A stretch of DNA of 40,000 nucleotides from Terrabacter aerolatus. Lineage in GTDB: Bacteria > Actinomycetota > Actinomycetes > Actinomycetales > Dermatophilaceae. Under the pieces are notes generated by a model. That model made no database searches, was not told where the DNA came from, and saw only the letters and a list, made by a program, of their open reading frames with translations. Where the stretch lies: assembly GCF_007991735.1 (NCBI RefSeq), contig NZ_BJYX01000024.1, positions 7,727 through 47,726 of the forward strand, given 5' to 3'. The position numbers and the translations under genes were made by a program. This document shows positions 26,698 through 34,880 of the stretch, one piece after another (positions within the stretch are counted from its first letter, which is position 1; each line of letters opens with the position of its first letter).

Positions 26698-27192
26698 ATG
26701 CACCCATCCCTGTCTGCCGAGCCGAGCGCGGCAACTCCGCTGACCGTTCTGGTCGACGACACGCGCGCCTTCCGTGACCGGCGACCCCACGTACAGGTCC
26801 GCCACGGGGACGACGCCGTGGAACTCCTTCGTCGCGTCCGTGACCGACTGGTCGACGAGTTGTGGCTCGACTACGACCTCCTGGACGGGACGACGTCCGC
26901 CAGCGCGGTCGACCATCTCGTGGCCCGAGCAGCGCGCGGTAATCGCTTGTCCGTCAATGTGATCGAGGTTCACGCCGCTCGGGTCCCGGAGGCGCTGCAC
27001 ATCACCCAGCGTCTGCGGCGCGCTGGATACCCCGCACGACGGTGCTACGCGCAGGGCATCTGGACGCGATTCGACGCAACGCTCCACGATGAGTGGCGAC
27101 CCGAACCAGGTGGCGGCATGTCTGATCGCCGCACCCCGATCGTCTCGGAGAAGGCTGCCCTCGCCGAGATCACGGAGGGCGTCTACGCATGA
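26698..27192 (+). CDS. small receiver-fold (cREC-like) protein, tentative
   Basis: 164 aa with high third-position GC. LTVLVDDTRAF...LWLDYDLL...VIEVHAARVPEAL resembles by eye the stand-alone 'cyclic-phosphate processing receiver' pattern (LDDxR ... LDHDLG ... HSxNP). ATGA overlap with the next gene at 27189-27192. Confidence 0.45.
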   Translation: MHPSLSAEPSAATPLTVLVDDTRAFRDRRPHVQVRHGDDAVELLRRVRDRLVDELWLDYDLLDGTTSASAVDHLVARAARGNRLSVNVIEVHAARVPEALHITQRLRRAGYPARRCYAQGIWTRFDATLHDEWRPEPGGGMSDRRTPIVSEKAALAEITEGVYA

Positions 27193-29222
27193 TTCGCGAT
27201 GCCTACCTCACGGTGCAGTTGCGCCTGCACCTTCCCGCCGGACTCCTCGTCATCGAGAGTGCGGAGTCCGGGGTCGCGGTCGGTGAAGCACCCCCGCAGC
27301 CGATCCACATCGTCACGGCATACAACCCGCGCGGCCGTGGGGCCACCGAGACGGAGAACCGTCGCGCGCAGCGCGCACTGGTCGAGCAATTGGATGGGGG
27401 GCAAGCGTCGCACAACCCTGCGGCCGGAGCCGACCCGGCTTGGCTGCACGTCGAACCCAGCGTCGCCATCGTCGGGCTCACGCGGCAGGATGCCATTGAC
27501 CTCGGTCGACGTTTCAATCAGGACGCCGTCTTCGAGTGGACGGCTGATGCGTTGACGGTCCTCTCATGCACGGACGACACGACGGTGGCGCTGGGCTGGC
27601 GCCAAATCACTCCTGACGCGAGGGCAGTCGGCGCCGATCGGGCATGGCGGGAGCTCGGCCTGGCGTCGCCCTACGTCCCGATCGCCATCGCCAGCGCGGC
27701 GCTGGACCGGGCCCTCGAGGTGGCCGACGACCAGCGAGCCGCACTGCTCAACAACGTCTTCCTTGGCTACGCGGCGGACTACTGGGCACCGCGCGTCGAG
27801 GCGGAGCGAGTGCGCCGCTCACAGCGCAAGGAACAGCAGCACGAGGCGGACCGAGCCGCGGCCGCGGAAGCGCGCGCGTCCGAGGAGAGGCGCGAGGAGC
27901 GTCGTGCCCGCCAGGCGGAGGCCCGCAAGCGCAACGCAGCCCAGCATCGTGAGCACGTCGAGGCAGGATGGCCCGGAAGTTGGCGGCCGCGCCACGTGAG
28001 CCAGTGGGTCGAACTCGGCGGGGACATCGACGGGGCCCGGGGCTGGTCGGAGGAGGGGTGGTCGGCGGCGGATGTCGTCGGCGCGGCCGCTGCAAACGGG
28101 AGCGGCACGAACCTGCCCCGCTCCGTCGGTGACCCTGACGAGGTGGCATGGTGGGGCGACTCCCTGGCCGGCATCGCGGCGGGCACGTGGCCGCAGGTGC
28201 CCGCTTCGACGCGGGTCTCCGTCAAGCGGTCCTTCTCGGACGGCCGGCGCGACCGGTGGTTCGTGCTGCCGGACGCGGCTGGCAGCGTCCGGGTCGAGCG
28301 CTGGGAAATGGCTACCCCTTCGGCGACCGCACCACGTGAGTGGACAAGCACCGTTGTCGCGGCATACCCCACCATAGAGGCCGCGTTGGCTGGAGTGCGT
28401 GAGCTCTCGACCCTGAGGCCCGACGTCGTCTGTGAGCTCAACGTGGCGCGGGACATCGGCGTGAACCTGCTGGAGCACCTGCGTGTCCCGCGAGTCGGCG
28501 TCGACCCGAATGCTGAAGGTCCAGGCATCGACGAAGAGGCAGCTGTGGCGGCCGGGCTCGACCTGGACGAGATCGCTCGTCTCGTGCAGGGCGTGCCATC
28601 GCGCCTCGTGCACTGCACCGTCGATGGCCAGCCCGTCGTCGCGGTGCGAACCGCCCAAGGATGGCGGTGGCTCACGGTCGGCGACGACGAGATCGAGAAC
28701 GGCGAGCTCGCCGGGGAGACCGTCGTCGAGTACCGGTGGTTCAGCGAGTCCGGTGGTGCGCCGATCAGCTGGGACGGTGGCGGATCGATCGGGGTGGTGG
28801 CCCCCAAGCTCGCGGTCATCAGGCAATGGGGTGACCTTGGCGACGGTCGTGAGTTCGTCACGTGGCCTGCGTCCGCGAAGGGCCGCGCCCGCGTGGTGGG
28901 CCAATGGATCAAGGAGTCAGATCTCGAGACCGTCGCGGCACTCGTGCTCGAGCCGTGGCCGTGCGACGAGCAGTGGCTCGTCTGGTACGACGTGTCGATC
29001 TCGGACTCGATGACGAGACGCGTGATGCGTTGCGGCGGCGCCTGGCCGGCAACCCCGACTACGCGACCGCGCGAGAGGCAGTCCGTCACCCGGGGAGCAA
29101 GCCGGGTCGCGCGCTCGCGGCAGCGCTCGAGCGAGCTTCCGAGACGGGCTTCACAGGCGACCTGTACCGGCTGCAGTGGCTTTCCCACGTCGAGGAGGCA
29201 ACGCGATGAGCGCGTTGCCTGA
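27189..29222 (+). CDS. large protein with N-terminal DUF3293-like domain and a charged E/R/A-rich linker; 3' end uncertain
   Basis: IHIVTAYNPRGRGATETENRRAQRAL...EPSVAIVGLTRQDAIDLGRRFNQDAVFEW resembles the DUF3293 pattern. RVEAERVRRSQRKEQQHEADRAAAAEARASEERREERRARQAEARKR is a charged helix. The last ~75 codons are Arg/Ser-rich, while another frame looks more protein-like (see findings). Confidence 0.55.
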   Translation: MIRDAYLTVQLRLHLPAGLLVIESAESGVAVGEAPPQPIHIVTAYNPRGRGATETENRRAQRALVEQLDGGQASHNPAAGADPAWLHVEPSVAIVGLTRQDAIDLGRRFNQDAVFEWTADALTVLSCTDDTTVALGWRQITPDARAVGADRAWRELGLASPYVPIAIASAALDRALEVADDQRAALLNNVFLGYAADYWAPRVEAERVRRSQRKEQQHEADRAAAAEARASEERREERRARQAEARKRNAAQHREHVEAGWPGSWRPRHVSQWVELGGDIDGARGWSEEGWSAADVVGAAAANGSGTNLPRSVGDPDEVAWWGDSLAGIAAGTWPQVPASTRVSVKRSFSDGRRDRWFVLPDAAGSVRVERWEMATPSATAPREWTSTVVAAYPTIEAALAGVRELSTLRPDVVCELNVARDIGVNLLEHLRVPRVGVDPNAEGPGIDEEAAVAAGLDLDEIARLVQGVPSRLVHCTVDGQPVVAVRTAQGWRWLTVGDDEIENGELAGETVVEYRWFSESGGAPISWDGGGSIGVVAPKLAVIRQWGDLGDGREFVTWPASAKGRARVVGQWIKESDLETVAALVLEPWPCDEQWLVWYDVSISDSMTRRVMRCGGAWPATPTTRPRERQSVTRGASRVARSRQRSSELPRRASQATCTGCSGFPTSRRQRDERVA

Positions 29223-29286
29223 TGGCTACCGAGACAAGCTTCCGGAGGACGCCCTCGTCGAGCTCGCCGGCCGCCTGAGCGAGTAG
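29206..29286 (+). CDS. candidate 26-aa micro-ORF
   Basis: ATG preceded by GAGGAGG 7 nt upstream. It overlaps the TGA of the 28862..29209 frame (ATGA). High third-position GC. Peptide MSALPDGYRDKLPEDALVELAGRLSE. Below the ORF-track size cutoff. Confidence 0.3.
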   Translation: MSALPDGYRDKLPEDALVELAGRLSE

Positions 29287-29334
29287 CCGGAGGGACCCGG
29301 ACATCCAGAAGGGATAGCGCCGTGGCGTTGCCAC

Positions 29335-29514
29335 GTGGTCGTCGTCTGCATCGGCGGCGACAACCGCTATCACACGCTCTGCGACGACTGCCTGCACCGA
29401 CAGGGTCCGTTCGACGACGCCCTCGAGGCTGAGCGAGTGGTCCTATGGCACGAGTGGATCACGAAGCAACCGGACGGGGAGACGGGCTACCGAGGCTTCG
29501 ACGGCTGCGTGTGA
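29335..29514 (+). CDS. candidate 59-aa Cys-rich small protein
   Basis: GTG-initiated frame with roughly 85% G/C at third positions by hand count. VVVVCIGGDNRYHTLCDDCLHRQGPF...GFDGCV. Below the ORF-track cutoff; start uncertain. Confidence 0.35.
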   Translation: MVVVCIGGDNRYHTLCDDCLHRQGPFDDALEAERVVLWHEWITKQPDGETGYRGFDGCV

Positions 29515-29530
29515 ACGGTCATGACCGTGT

Positions 29531-29560
29531 CGGGACTGCCTCGATGACACAGGCATCCCG
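29531..29560. terminator. candidate bidirectional terminator hairpin between convergent genes
   Basis: CGGGA(c)TGCCT - cgatgacac - AGGCATCCCG: a 10-bp stem with one bulge and a 9-nt loop. It lies between the plus-strand small ORFs and the stop of the response-regulator gene (29607). Confidence 0.4.
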
Positions 29561-29606
29561 CAACACGGGCGTGAACTCGTTGTCGTGCCGGTGACGAGTC
29601 TTCCCT

Positions 29607-30296
29607 TCAGGGCTTCGAAAGGTAGGCCCGGTCGGCGATGACTCCGGCTTGGACGCGGTTGTCCACGCCGAGTTTGATGAAGGCGCTCTGGAGGTGCGTC
29701 TTGACCGTCGTCTCGCTGACGTAGAGATCGCGGGCCAGGTCGGCGTTCGACAGTCCTCGGGCCAGTCCCGCCACGACGTCGCGCTCGCGAGCCGTCAAGG
29801 TCGCCATGAGTTGGGCCGCCTCGGCGCGCTGAGCCGCGGCCGGGTCATCCCGGACCCGAGTGAACAGCTGAGCCGCAGTCTTCGGTGACACGGCTCCGAG
29901 GCCGCCGGCCACGTTGCGGATTCCGCCGCAGATCTCCTCCGGCGAGGCGGTCTTGAGCAGGAAGCCGTCAGCACCGGCGCGGATGGCGCGCTGAGCCACG
30001 TCGTCGTGGTCGAAGACGGTGAACATCAGCACCTTCGGCGCCTCCGGCCGGGCCTTGACCGCGGCGATCGTCTCGATGCCACCCAAGCGCGCCATGCGCA
30101 CGTCGAGCACGATGACGTCGGATCGGTGCGCTTGCACCGCGGCGACCACCTCGTCGCCGTCGCTCACCTCCGCCACGACCTCGAGGTCCGAGGCCGCACC
30201 GAGCATGTGCCGCAGGCCCATCCGCACCATCGGGTCGTCGTCCACGAGCATCACGCGGATCGCCCGCTCGGAGCCACCGGCGTTCACGTGGTCCAT
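29607..30296 (-). CDS. NarL/FixJ (LuxR-type) response regulator
   Basis: Receiver domain IRVMLVDDDPMVRMGL...DVIVLDVRMARLGG. C-terminal LuxR HTH LTARERDVVAGLARGLSNADLARDLYVSETTVKTHL. Confidence 0.9.
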   Translation of the reverse strand: MDHVNAGGSERAIRVMLVDDDPMVRMGLRHMLGAASDLEVVAEVSDGDEVVAAVQAHRSDVIVLDVRMARLGGIETIAAVKARPEAPKVLMFTVFDHDDVAQRAIRAGADGFLLKTASPEEICGGIRNVAGGLGAVSPKTAAQLFTRVRDDPAAAQRAEAAQLMATLTARERDVVAGLARGLSNADLARDLYVSETTVKTHLQSAFIKLGVDNRVQAGVIADRAYLSKP

Positions 30297-31690
30297 CGGA
30301 TCCCCTTCGTCGAGTCAGTGTCGGGAGCGCGCCACGGCAGGCGGATCGACACCCGGAAGGCCCCGTCGGGATCGACGCCGGCCTGCATGTCGCCGCCGTA
30401 GTGCTCGACCCGCTCGCGGATGCCGGTCAGACCCATCCCGGCACGCGCGCCGCCGCCGTCGGCAGCGCCTGCACCATGCGGCCCGACCGGCGGCGGCAGG
30501 TGGTTCGCCGTCGCGATGACGAGGTGCCCCTCGGCCGGGCTGCCCGTCACGGACAGGCGGACGCTGACCGTGGGAGCGTGCTTGCGCGCGTTGGTCAGCA
30601 GCTCCTGCACGATCCGATAGGCGGCCTGGGCGATGTGCGGGTCGAGCGCCTCGCCGTCCTCGACGTAGACCGTCGCGACCAGTGGCATGCCGGCGGTCAC
30701 GGAGTCGTCGATGAGGGCACGGACGTCGCGCAGCGTCTTCGTCGGCGCCGCGACGTCGGGGTCGTCGGAGCTGCGGAGCAGGTCGAGCAGACTGTGCAGC
30801 TCCGCCACCGAGCGGGCCGCCGTTTCGCGCACCACCTGCGCCGACTCCTTCATCTGCGCCGTGGCTGCACGCGGCTGCTCAGTTGCCGTCTGCGCCTCCG
30901 CCGCCGACGCGTCGGCCATCGCCTGCAGTGCGCCCGCGTGCACGGAAAGGATCGAGAGGTTGTGGCCGAGGCCGTCGTGGATCTCGCGCGCCAGGCGCTC
31001 GCGCTCGGCCTGGCGGGAGACCTGGTCGGCCAGCGACGAGACCACCTCACGCTCCTCGGCAACGACCTCGGCCGCCGTGCGCAGCTGCGCTCGCGTCCGC
31101 AGCCACACGCCGATGCCGACGAAGAGCGCGACGAGCACGACCGTGAGGACCACCACGACGAACCATCCGACGGGCTCGCCGTCGGCGGCAAAGAGACTGC
31201 CCCAGAAGGAGACCGGCCGCGGCGTCCACCGCAGGTCGCGCGACACCGCGAAAAAGGTCGCGGCCACGACGAGCGGGGCCAGCCGGTAGGCGTCGACGAA
31301 GCGGCGGCAGATCACGACCGACATGAGGCCGATCAGGGCAGCGGTTGGGCCGAGCTGGACGAGGGTGGCGGCGCACCCGACGAGCGTCAGCACCACCGGC
31401 CCCCGCTGCCGCCAGGCCACGGCGACCATGAGCGTCATCCCCAGGAGCGCGATGAGCATGCCGATACCGCTCGCGGTATCGGACATCGACACCGGCAGCC
31501 CCTCGGCAGCCCGGCGACGACCGTCGAAGCCACCCGACGCATACACCGCGTCCACGAGCAGGAGGAAGCCGAGCCCTACGCTGCGGAGCCGGCGCAGCCA
31601 GAGGTCGCGGCGCGAGAGGTCACGCACCCACGGGGGCAGGCTGGACGGCATACCCGAAAGGTAGGGCACGGCGCCGACCACGGCCTCCAC
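30284..31690 (-). CDS. membrane sensor histidine kinase (HisKA_3 / DesK-NarX type)
   Basis: Several hydrophobic N-terminal segments. H-box RERLAREIHDGLGHNLS. ATPase motifs LLTNARKHAP and GMGLTGIRERV. Overlaps the regulator gene by 13 nt. Start uncertain (31690 or 31651). Confidence 0.85.
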   Translation of the reverse strand: MEAVVGAVPYLSGMPSSLPPWVRDLSRRDLWLRRLRSVGLGFLLLVDAVYASGGFDGRRRAAEGLPVSMSDTASGIGMLIALLGMTLMVAVAWRQRGPVVLTLVGCAATLVQLGPTAALIGLMSVVICRRFVDAYRLAPLVVAATFFAVSRDLRWTPRPVSFWGSLFAADGEPVGWFVVVVLTVVLVALFVGIGVWLRTRAQLRTAAEVVAEEREVVSSLADQVSRQAERERLAREIHDGLGHNLSILSVHAGALQAMADASAAEAQTATEQPRAATAQMKESAQVVRETAARSVAELHSLLDLLRSSDDPDVAAPTKTLRDVRALIDDSVTAGMPLVATVYVEDGEALDPHIAQAAYRIVQELLTNARKHAPTVSVRLSVTGSPAEGHLVIATANHLPPPVGPHGAGAADGGGARAGMGLTGIRERVEHYGGDMQAGVDPDGAFRVSIRLPWRAPDTDSTKGIRWTT

Positions 31691-31824
31691 CGTCCGGGCA
31701 GTTCGCCCGTCCCGATCTCATCCTTTCGGTCAGCCTGCTCCGTCCTCTCGGCCGAGGCGGCCGCCGGCGTCCACGCGAGACGGTCTCCCCGGCATACAGC
31801 AGACCGATCCCAGGGAGACCCGCC

Positions 31825-32478
31825 ATGAGCACCAACCAGCCGCACGACCCGACGCAGCAGACCACCTGGCAGACGCCGGTGGTCCCCGCGCCGCCCGTCC
31901 CGGCGCCGCCGCGCAAGAGCTGGTTCGCCCGGCACAAGATCATCACGGGGCTGCTCGCCCTCGTCCTCATCGGCGTCGTCGCGAGCGCCGTGAACGGGGG
32001 AGGCTCGAGCTTGCCCACGACCACCTCGCCCGGAGCCGCCGGGGGACGGGGTGGCGACGCGCCGGCCGAGGGTGCGCCGGCCTCGGCGAAGGTCGGCCAG
32101 AAGGTCCGCGACGGCCAGTTCGAGTTCACCGTCACCAAGGTGCAGAAGGGCGTGAAGTCCGTCGGCGACCAGTACCTCAACGAGAAGGCGCAGGGCCAGT
32201 TCGTCCTCGTCAACGTCACCGTGAGCAACATCGGCGACTCCGCGCAGACGCTCTCGGACTCCTCGCAGAAGGTGCGCGACGCCAAGGGGCGCGAGTTCTC
32301 CAGCGACACGGCGGCTGCGATCTACGTCAAGGACAACAAGGTCTTCCTCGAGGAGATCAACCCCGGCAACACGGTCAAGGGCACCCTCGTCTTCGACATG
32401 CCCAAGGGCACCGAGCCGGCCAGCATCGAGCTGCACGACTCGCCCTTCTCCGACGGCATCACCGTCCAGCTGCGCTGA
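31825..32478 (+). CDS. membrane-anchored DUF4352-domain protein
   Basis: Pro-rich N-terminus, TM helix IITGLLALVLIGVVASAV, then GQKVRDGQFEFTVTKV...GQFVLVNVTVSNIGDSAQTL...GTLVFDMPKG, typical of DUF4352. GGGAG lies 7 nt upstream of the ATG. Confidence 0.8.
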   Translation: MSTNQPHDPTQQTTWQTPVVPAPPVPAPPRKSWFARHKIITGLLALVLIGVVASAVNGGGSSLPTTTSPGAAGGRGGDAPAEGAPASAKVGQKVRDGQFEFTVTKVQKGVKSVGDQYLNEKAQGQFVLVNVTVSNIGDSAQTLSDSSQKVRDAKGREFSSDTAAAIYVKDNKVFLEEINPGNTVKGTLVFDMPKGTEPASIELHDSPFSDGITVQLR

Positions 32479-32495
32479 GCGGTCGTATGCCGTGT

Positions 32496-32532
32496 GGTGG
32501 GCGCCGCGTGGTGAGGGGGCGCGGCGCCCACC
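32496..32532 (+). terminator. intrinsic-terminator-like hairpin after the DUF4352 gene
   Basis: Perfect 13-bp inverted repeat GGTGGGCGCCGCG (32496-32508) / CGCGGCGCCCACC (32520-32532) with an 11-nt loop, 18 nt after the stop codon. No U-tract, as is common in high-GC actinobacteria. Confidence 0.55.
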
Positions 32533-32636
32533 GCCTGTCAAAGGGCTCTGGCCAGGGGCAGTTTCGCGAAATCGTCCCGCGCATCGCCCGCGACGTCCAA
32601 GATGGGCCTTTTGCGCCGAACAGAAAGCAAACTCAC

Positions 32637-33248
32637 GTGGACACCCAGGGACTGCCGACACCCGACGCTCGGAACGAGCCGACCATCCAACTGCCTCCTG
32701 CGCTGGGCCAACCTCACCAGGCGTGGACGAATCAGTCGCCGCAGCCGCAGCTGCAGCTGCAGCCGCAGCCCCAGAAGCGCCGCAGGAAGCACCTGATCGG
32801 CTATCCCGTGACGGCCCTGCTAGCACTCGGCATCGGAGCCGCAGGCGGCGGCGGGGCAGATGCCTCGACTCCGGCGGCGGCCCCGGCGAACGTCGTGGTC
32901 ACCCGGACGGCGCCTGCTCCGCCTGCCGAGACCGTGACCCAGACCGTGCGAGCGACCGTGACCGTCTCGGCTTCGCCCGCCGCAGCGGACTCGGGCGCGA
33001 AGCCTGCGGCGAAGCCGGCGTCCAAGATCACGGTGCCCGACGGGGTGGGCATGAACTATCAGGAAGCCCAGGACCTGTGGCGGGCCGCAGGTCTCGTCGT
33101 CGCTCCGGCCGATGACGCGACACGTGCTCACCGCCTGCCGGTGCTCGACTCCAACTGGGTCGTGCTGGGCCAGGACCTGACGGCCGGCAGCAAGGTGGCA
33201 TCCGGATCGATGATCACCGCCACCGTGATGAAGTACACCGACGGCTGA
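32637..33248 (+). CDS. membrane-anchored PASTA-domain protein
   Basis: TM segment LIGYPVTALLALGIGAAGGGG, an Ala/Pro-rich linker, and a C-terminal PASTA-like ITVPDGVGMNYQEAQDLWRAAGL...GSMITATV. The track start (32487) lies inside the upstream terminator hairpin, so the in-frame GTG at 32637 is preferred. Confidence 0.7.
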   Translation: MDTQGLPTPDARNEPTIQLPPALGQPHQAWTNQSPQPQLQLQPQPQKRRRKHLIGYPVTALLALGIGAAGGGGADASTPAAAPANVVVTRTAPAPPAETVTQTVRATVTVSASPAAADSGAKPAAKPASKITVPDGVGMNYQEAQDLWRAAGLVVAPADDATRAHRLPVLDSNWVVLGQDLTAGSKVASGSMITATVMKYTDG

Positions 33249-33344
33249 TGTGGGATCGGTGGGTGCCGCGCCACGTGGCGCGGCACCTGCCCGACTGTCG
33301 TACGCAGTTGTTACGGTGCGAATCCACGAACAGGGGGGCTGACG

Positions 33345-34055
33345 ATGACGCAGGACGAGTGGAGCCGGCCGACCCAGGAGCGGCTGTCGCACGCGAAGAG
33401 CCAGGCGCTGGAAGCGCTGTCGCCCGAACGTTCCGGCTGGCGACTGCGCCGCTACTACGACGCTGCCGGCGACTACGCCGGTGCCAGCTTCGTCTCGATG
33501 GGAATGAATGACCCGCGGGTCATTGCCCCCGACGACCTGTTCGCCGTGACCCTTCTCAGCGTCGGTGTCCCGGCTGGCGCTGCGCGGCTCCTGACGGAGG
33601 AGGGAGAGACGAAGGAAGCGGTTAACGAGGCGTTGCGAGCCCTTGCCACTGCTTCACTGCAGCACGTCGATGAGGACGGCCTGCATGACATGGAGGTGTT
33701 CTACCGCCACGTCAAGAAGGCGCTGGCCAAGGCTCGAGTCGAGAACTCCAACCCGTGGGTCACCGCCAGCAAGCTGTGCGCCCGCAAGCGGCCAGACCTC
33801 TTTCCCGTCCGTGACAACGTGGTCTGCGAGCTGCTCGGTCTCCTGCCCAAGGGCGACTATCAAGTCGACTGGCAGGTCTTCCGCCATCTCATGGCTGACT
33901 CCGAGATCCTCGACGCCATCGCGATGGCGACGGGGGCGGCGACCGAAGGCACGGACGGTTCGGTGCTGGTGGTCGACCAGGAGCCGCTTCGCGTCCTCGA
34001 CGCTGCGCTGTGGTCGAGCGTCATGATGCCTGATCGCAGCGGGGCGCCTGCCTGA
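33345..34055 (+). CDS. hypothetical protein (DUF6308-like by pattern)
   Basis: 236 aa. RYYDAAGDYAGASF...DDLFAVTLLSV...VTASKLCARKRPDLFPVRDNVV resembles the DUF6308 family pattern by eye. Function unknown. Confidence 0.5.
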   Translation: MTQDEWSRPTQERLSHAKSQALEALSPERSGWRLRRYYDAAGDYAGASFVSMGMNDPRVIAPDDLFAVTLLSVGVPAGAARLLTEEGETKEAVNEALRALATASLQHVDEDGLHDMEVFYRHVKKALAKARVENSNPWVTASKLCARKRPDLFPVRDNVVCELLGLLPKGDYQVDWQVFRHLMADSEILDAIAMATGAATEGTDGSVLVVDQEPLRVLDAALWSSVMMPDRSGAPA

Positions 34056-34242
34056 AGCAGAAGCCGGTCCAGAAGGACTCGGAGTGGTCCGAGAGCGCCA
34101 GCGGCCCGCTCAAGCACCATGGCGACCCACGGCGTCGATTCGATCACGCTCTTGGAGTCTCCTGGCCGGTTTACGCAGCACCCTGCGATCCCAGAGCCTC
34201 ACTTCATCGAATAGACACCAACCAGGACCCGCGAAGTCGGTA

Positions 34243-34800
34243 TCAGTCGCAGTTGGGGCAGGGGCCGGAGACGGGCATCTCCATGAAGCAGGTCGGGCAC
34301 ACCGCGCCGCGTCGCGCCTCGACGTGAGCAGTCCGCACGACCGGTGTCCGAGCACGCACGACGCGGGCGCGGGCGCTCAGCGTCGGCTCGGCGTCGGCGG
34401 GGACGTCGGCTCCCCAGTGGCGGTAGCACTCGAGCCGGGCCGCGGCGGCGTGCGTCTCGCGCTCGAGCGGGTCCGCGATCGGTGACTCGCCGGAGATGCG
34501 GAGCACCTCGTCGTAGCCGGCGCCGACCTGCCCGTCGTCCTTGCGCACGACGAGCGACGCCAGCGGCGGCTCCTCGCGCAGGTGGTTGACCTTGACGAGG
34601 TCGACGAGCAGGCTGCTGATCCAGTTGCGCATCTGCGACTTCGTGTGGAGCGACGAGCGGCGCTGGACCTCCTCGGCGAGCTCGGAGTAGGTGATCACGG
34701 CGTTGTAGCGGCCGGCCGTCTCGGCGAGGATCTCGTATGCCGCCTTGGCCCAGTGGGGCTGCGCGAACTTCGGCGTCACGTACGTCTCGTGCTCAGACAT
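34243..34800 (-). CDS. hypothetical protein with C-terminal zinc ribbon
   Basis: 185-aa ORF with natural composition. C-terminal CPTC...CPNCD. The N-terminal half is winged-helix-like (ITYSELAEEV...) but not confidently assigned. Confidence 0.55.
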   Translation of the reverse strand: MSEHETYVTPKFAQPHWAKAAYEILAETAGRYNAVITYSELAEEVQRRSSLHTKSQMRNWISSLLVDLVKVNHLREEPPLASLVVRKDDGQVGAGYDEVLRISGESPIADPLERETHAAAARLECYRHWGADVPADAEPTLSARARVVRARTPVVRTAHVEARRGAVCPTCFMEMPVSGPCPNCD

Positions 34801-34880
34801 GGTCAGCCATTCGCTTCCGTCGTTTATCCGTCATCAGAGCACCAGTCTCCACCCACCAGGCCCGTGGTGGAGACCCGGTG

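Noticed and set aside
26524-27087. 187-aa minus-strand ORF opposite the receiver-like gene
   Set aside because: The plus-strand frame has markedly higher third-position GC and a coherent domain-like pattern. The minus-strand product is Arg/Pro/Gly-rich.
27779-29188. 469-aa and 361-aa minus-strand ORFs opposite the DUF3293-like gene
   Set aside because: Their translations are Ser/Arg/Pro/Thr-rich. The plus-strand frame has the high third-position GC and recognisable N-terminal domain pattern.
32700-32790. CAG/CCG-rich tract encoding QPQLQLQPQPQ, considered as a tandem repeat
   Set aside because: It is a short, imperfect low-complexity linker inside the PASTA-protein coding region, not an independent repeat element.
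30401-32826. 475-aa plus-strand ORF and 416-aa minus-strand ORF overlapping the kinase and DUF4352 genes
   Set aside because: Both are antisense to genes with clear H-box/ATPase or DUF4352 motifs, and both are Arg/Gly/Asp or Ala/Arg/Gly low complexity.
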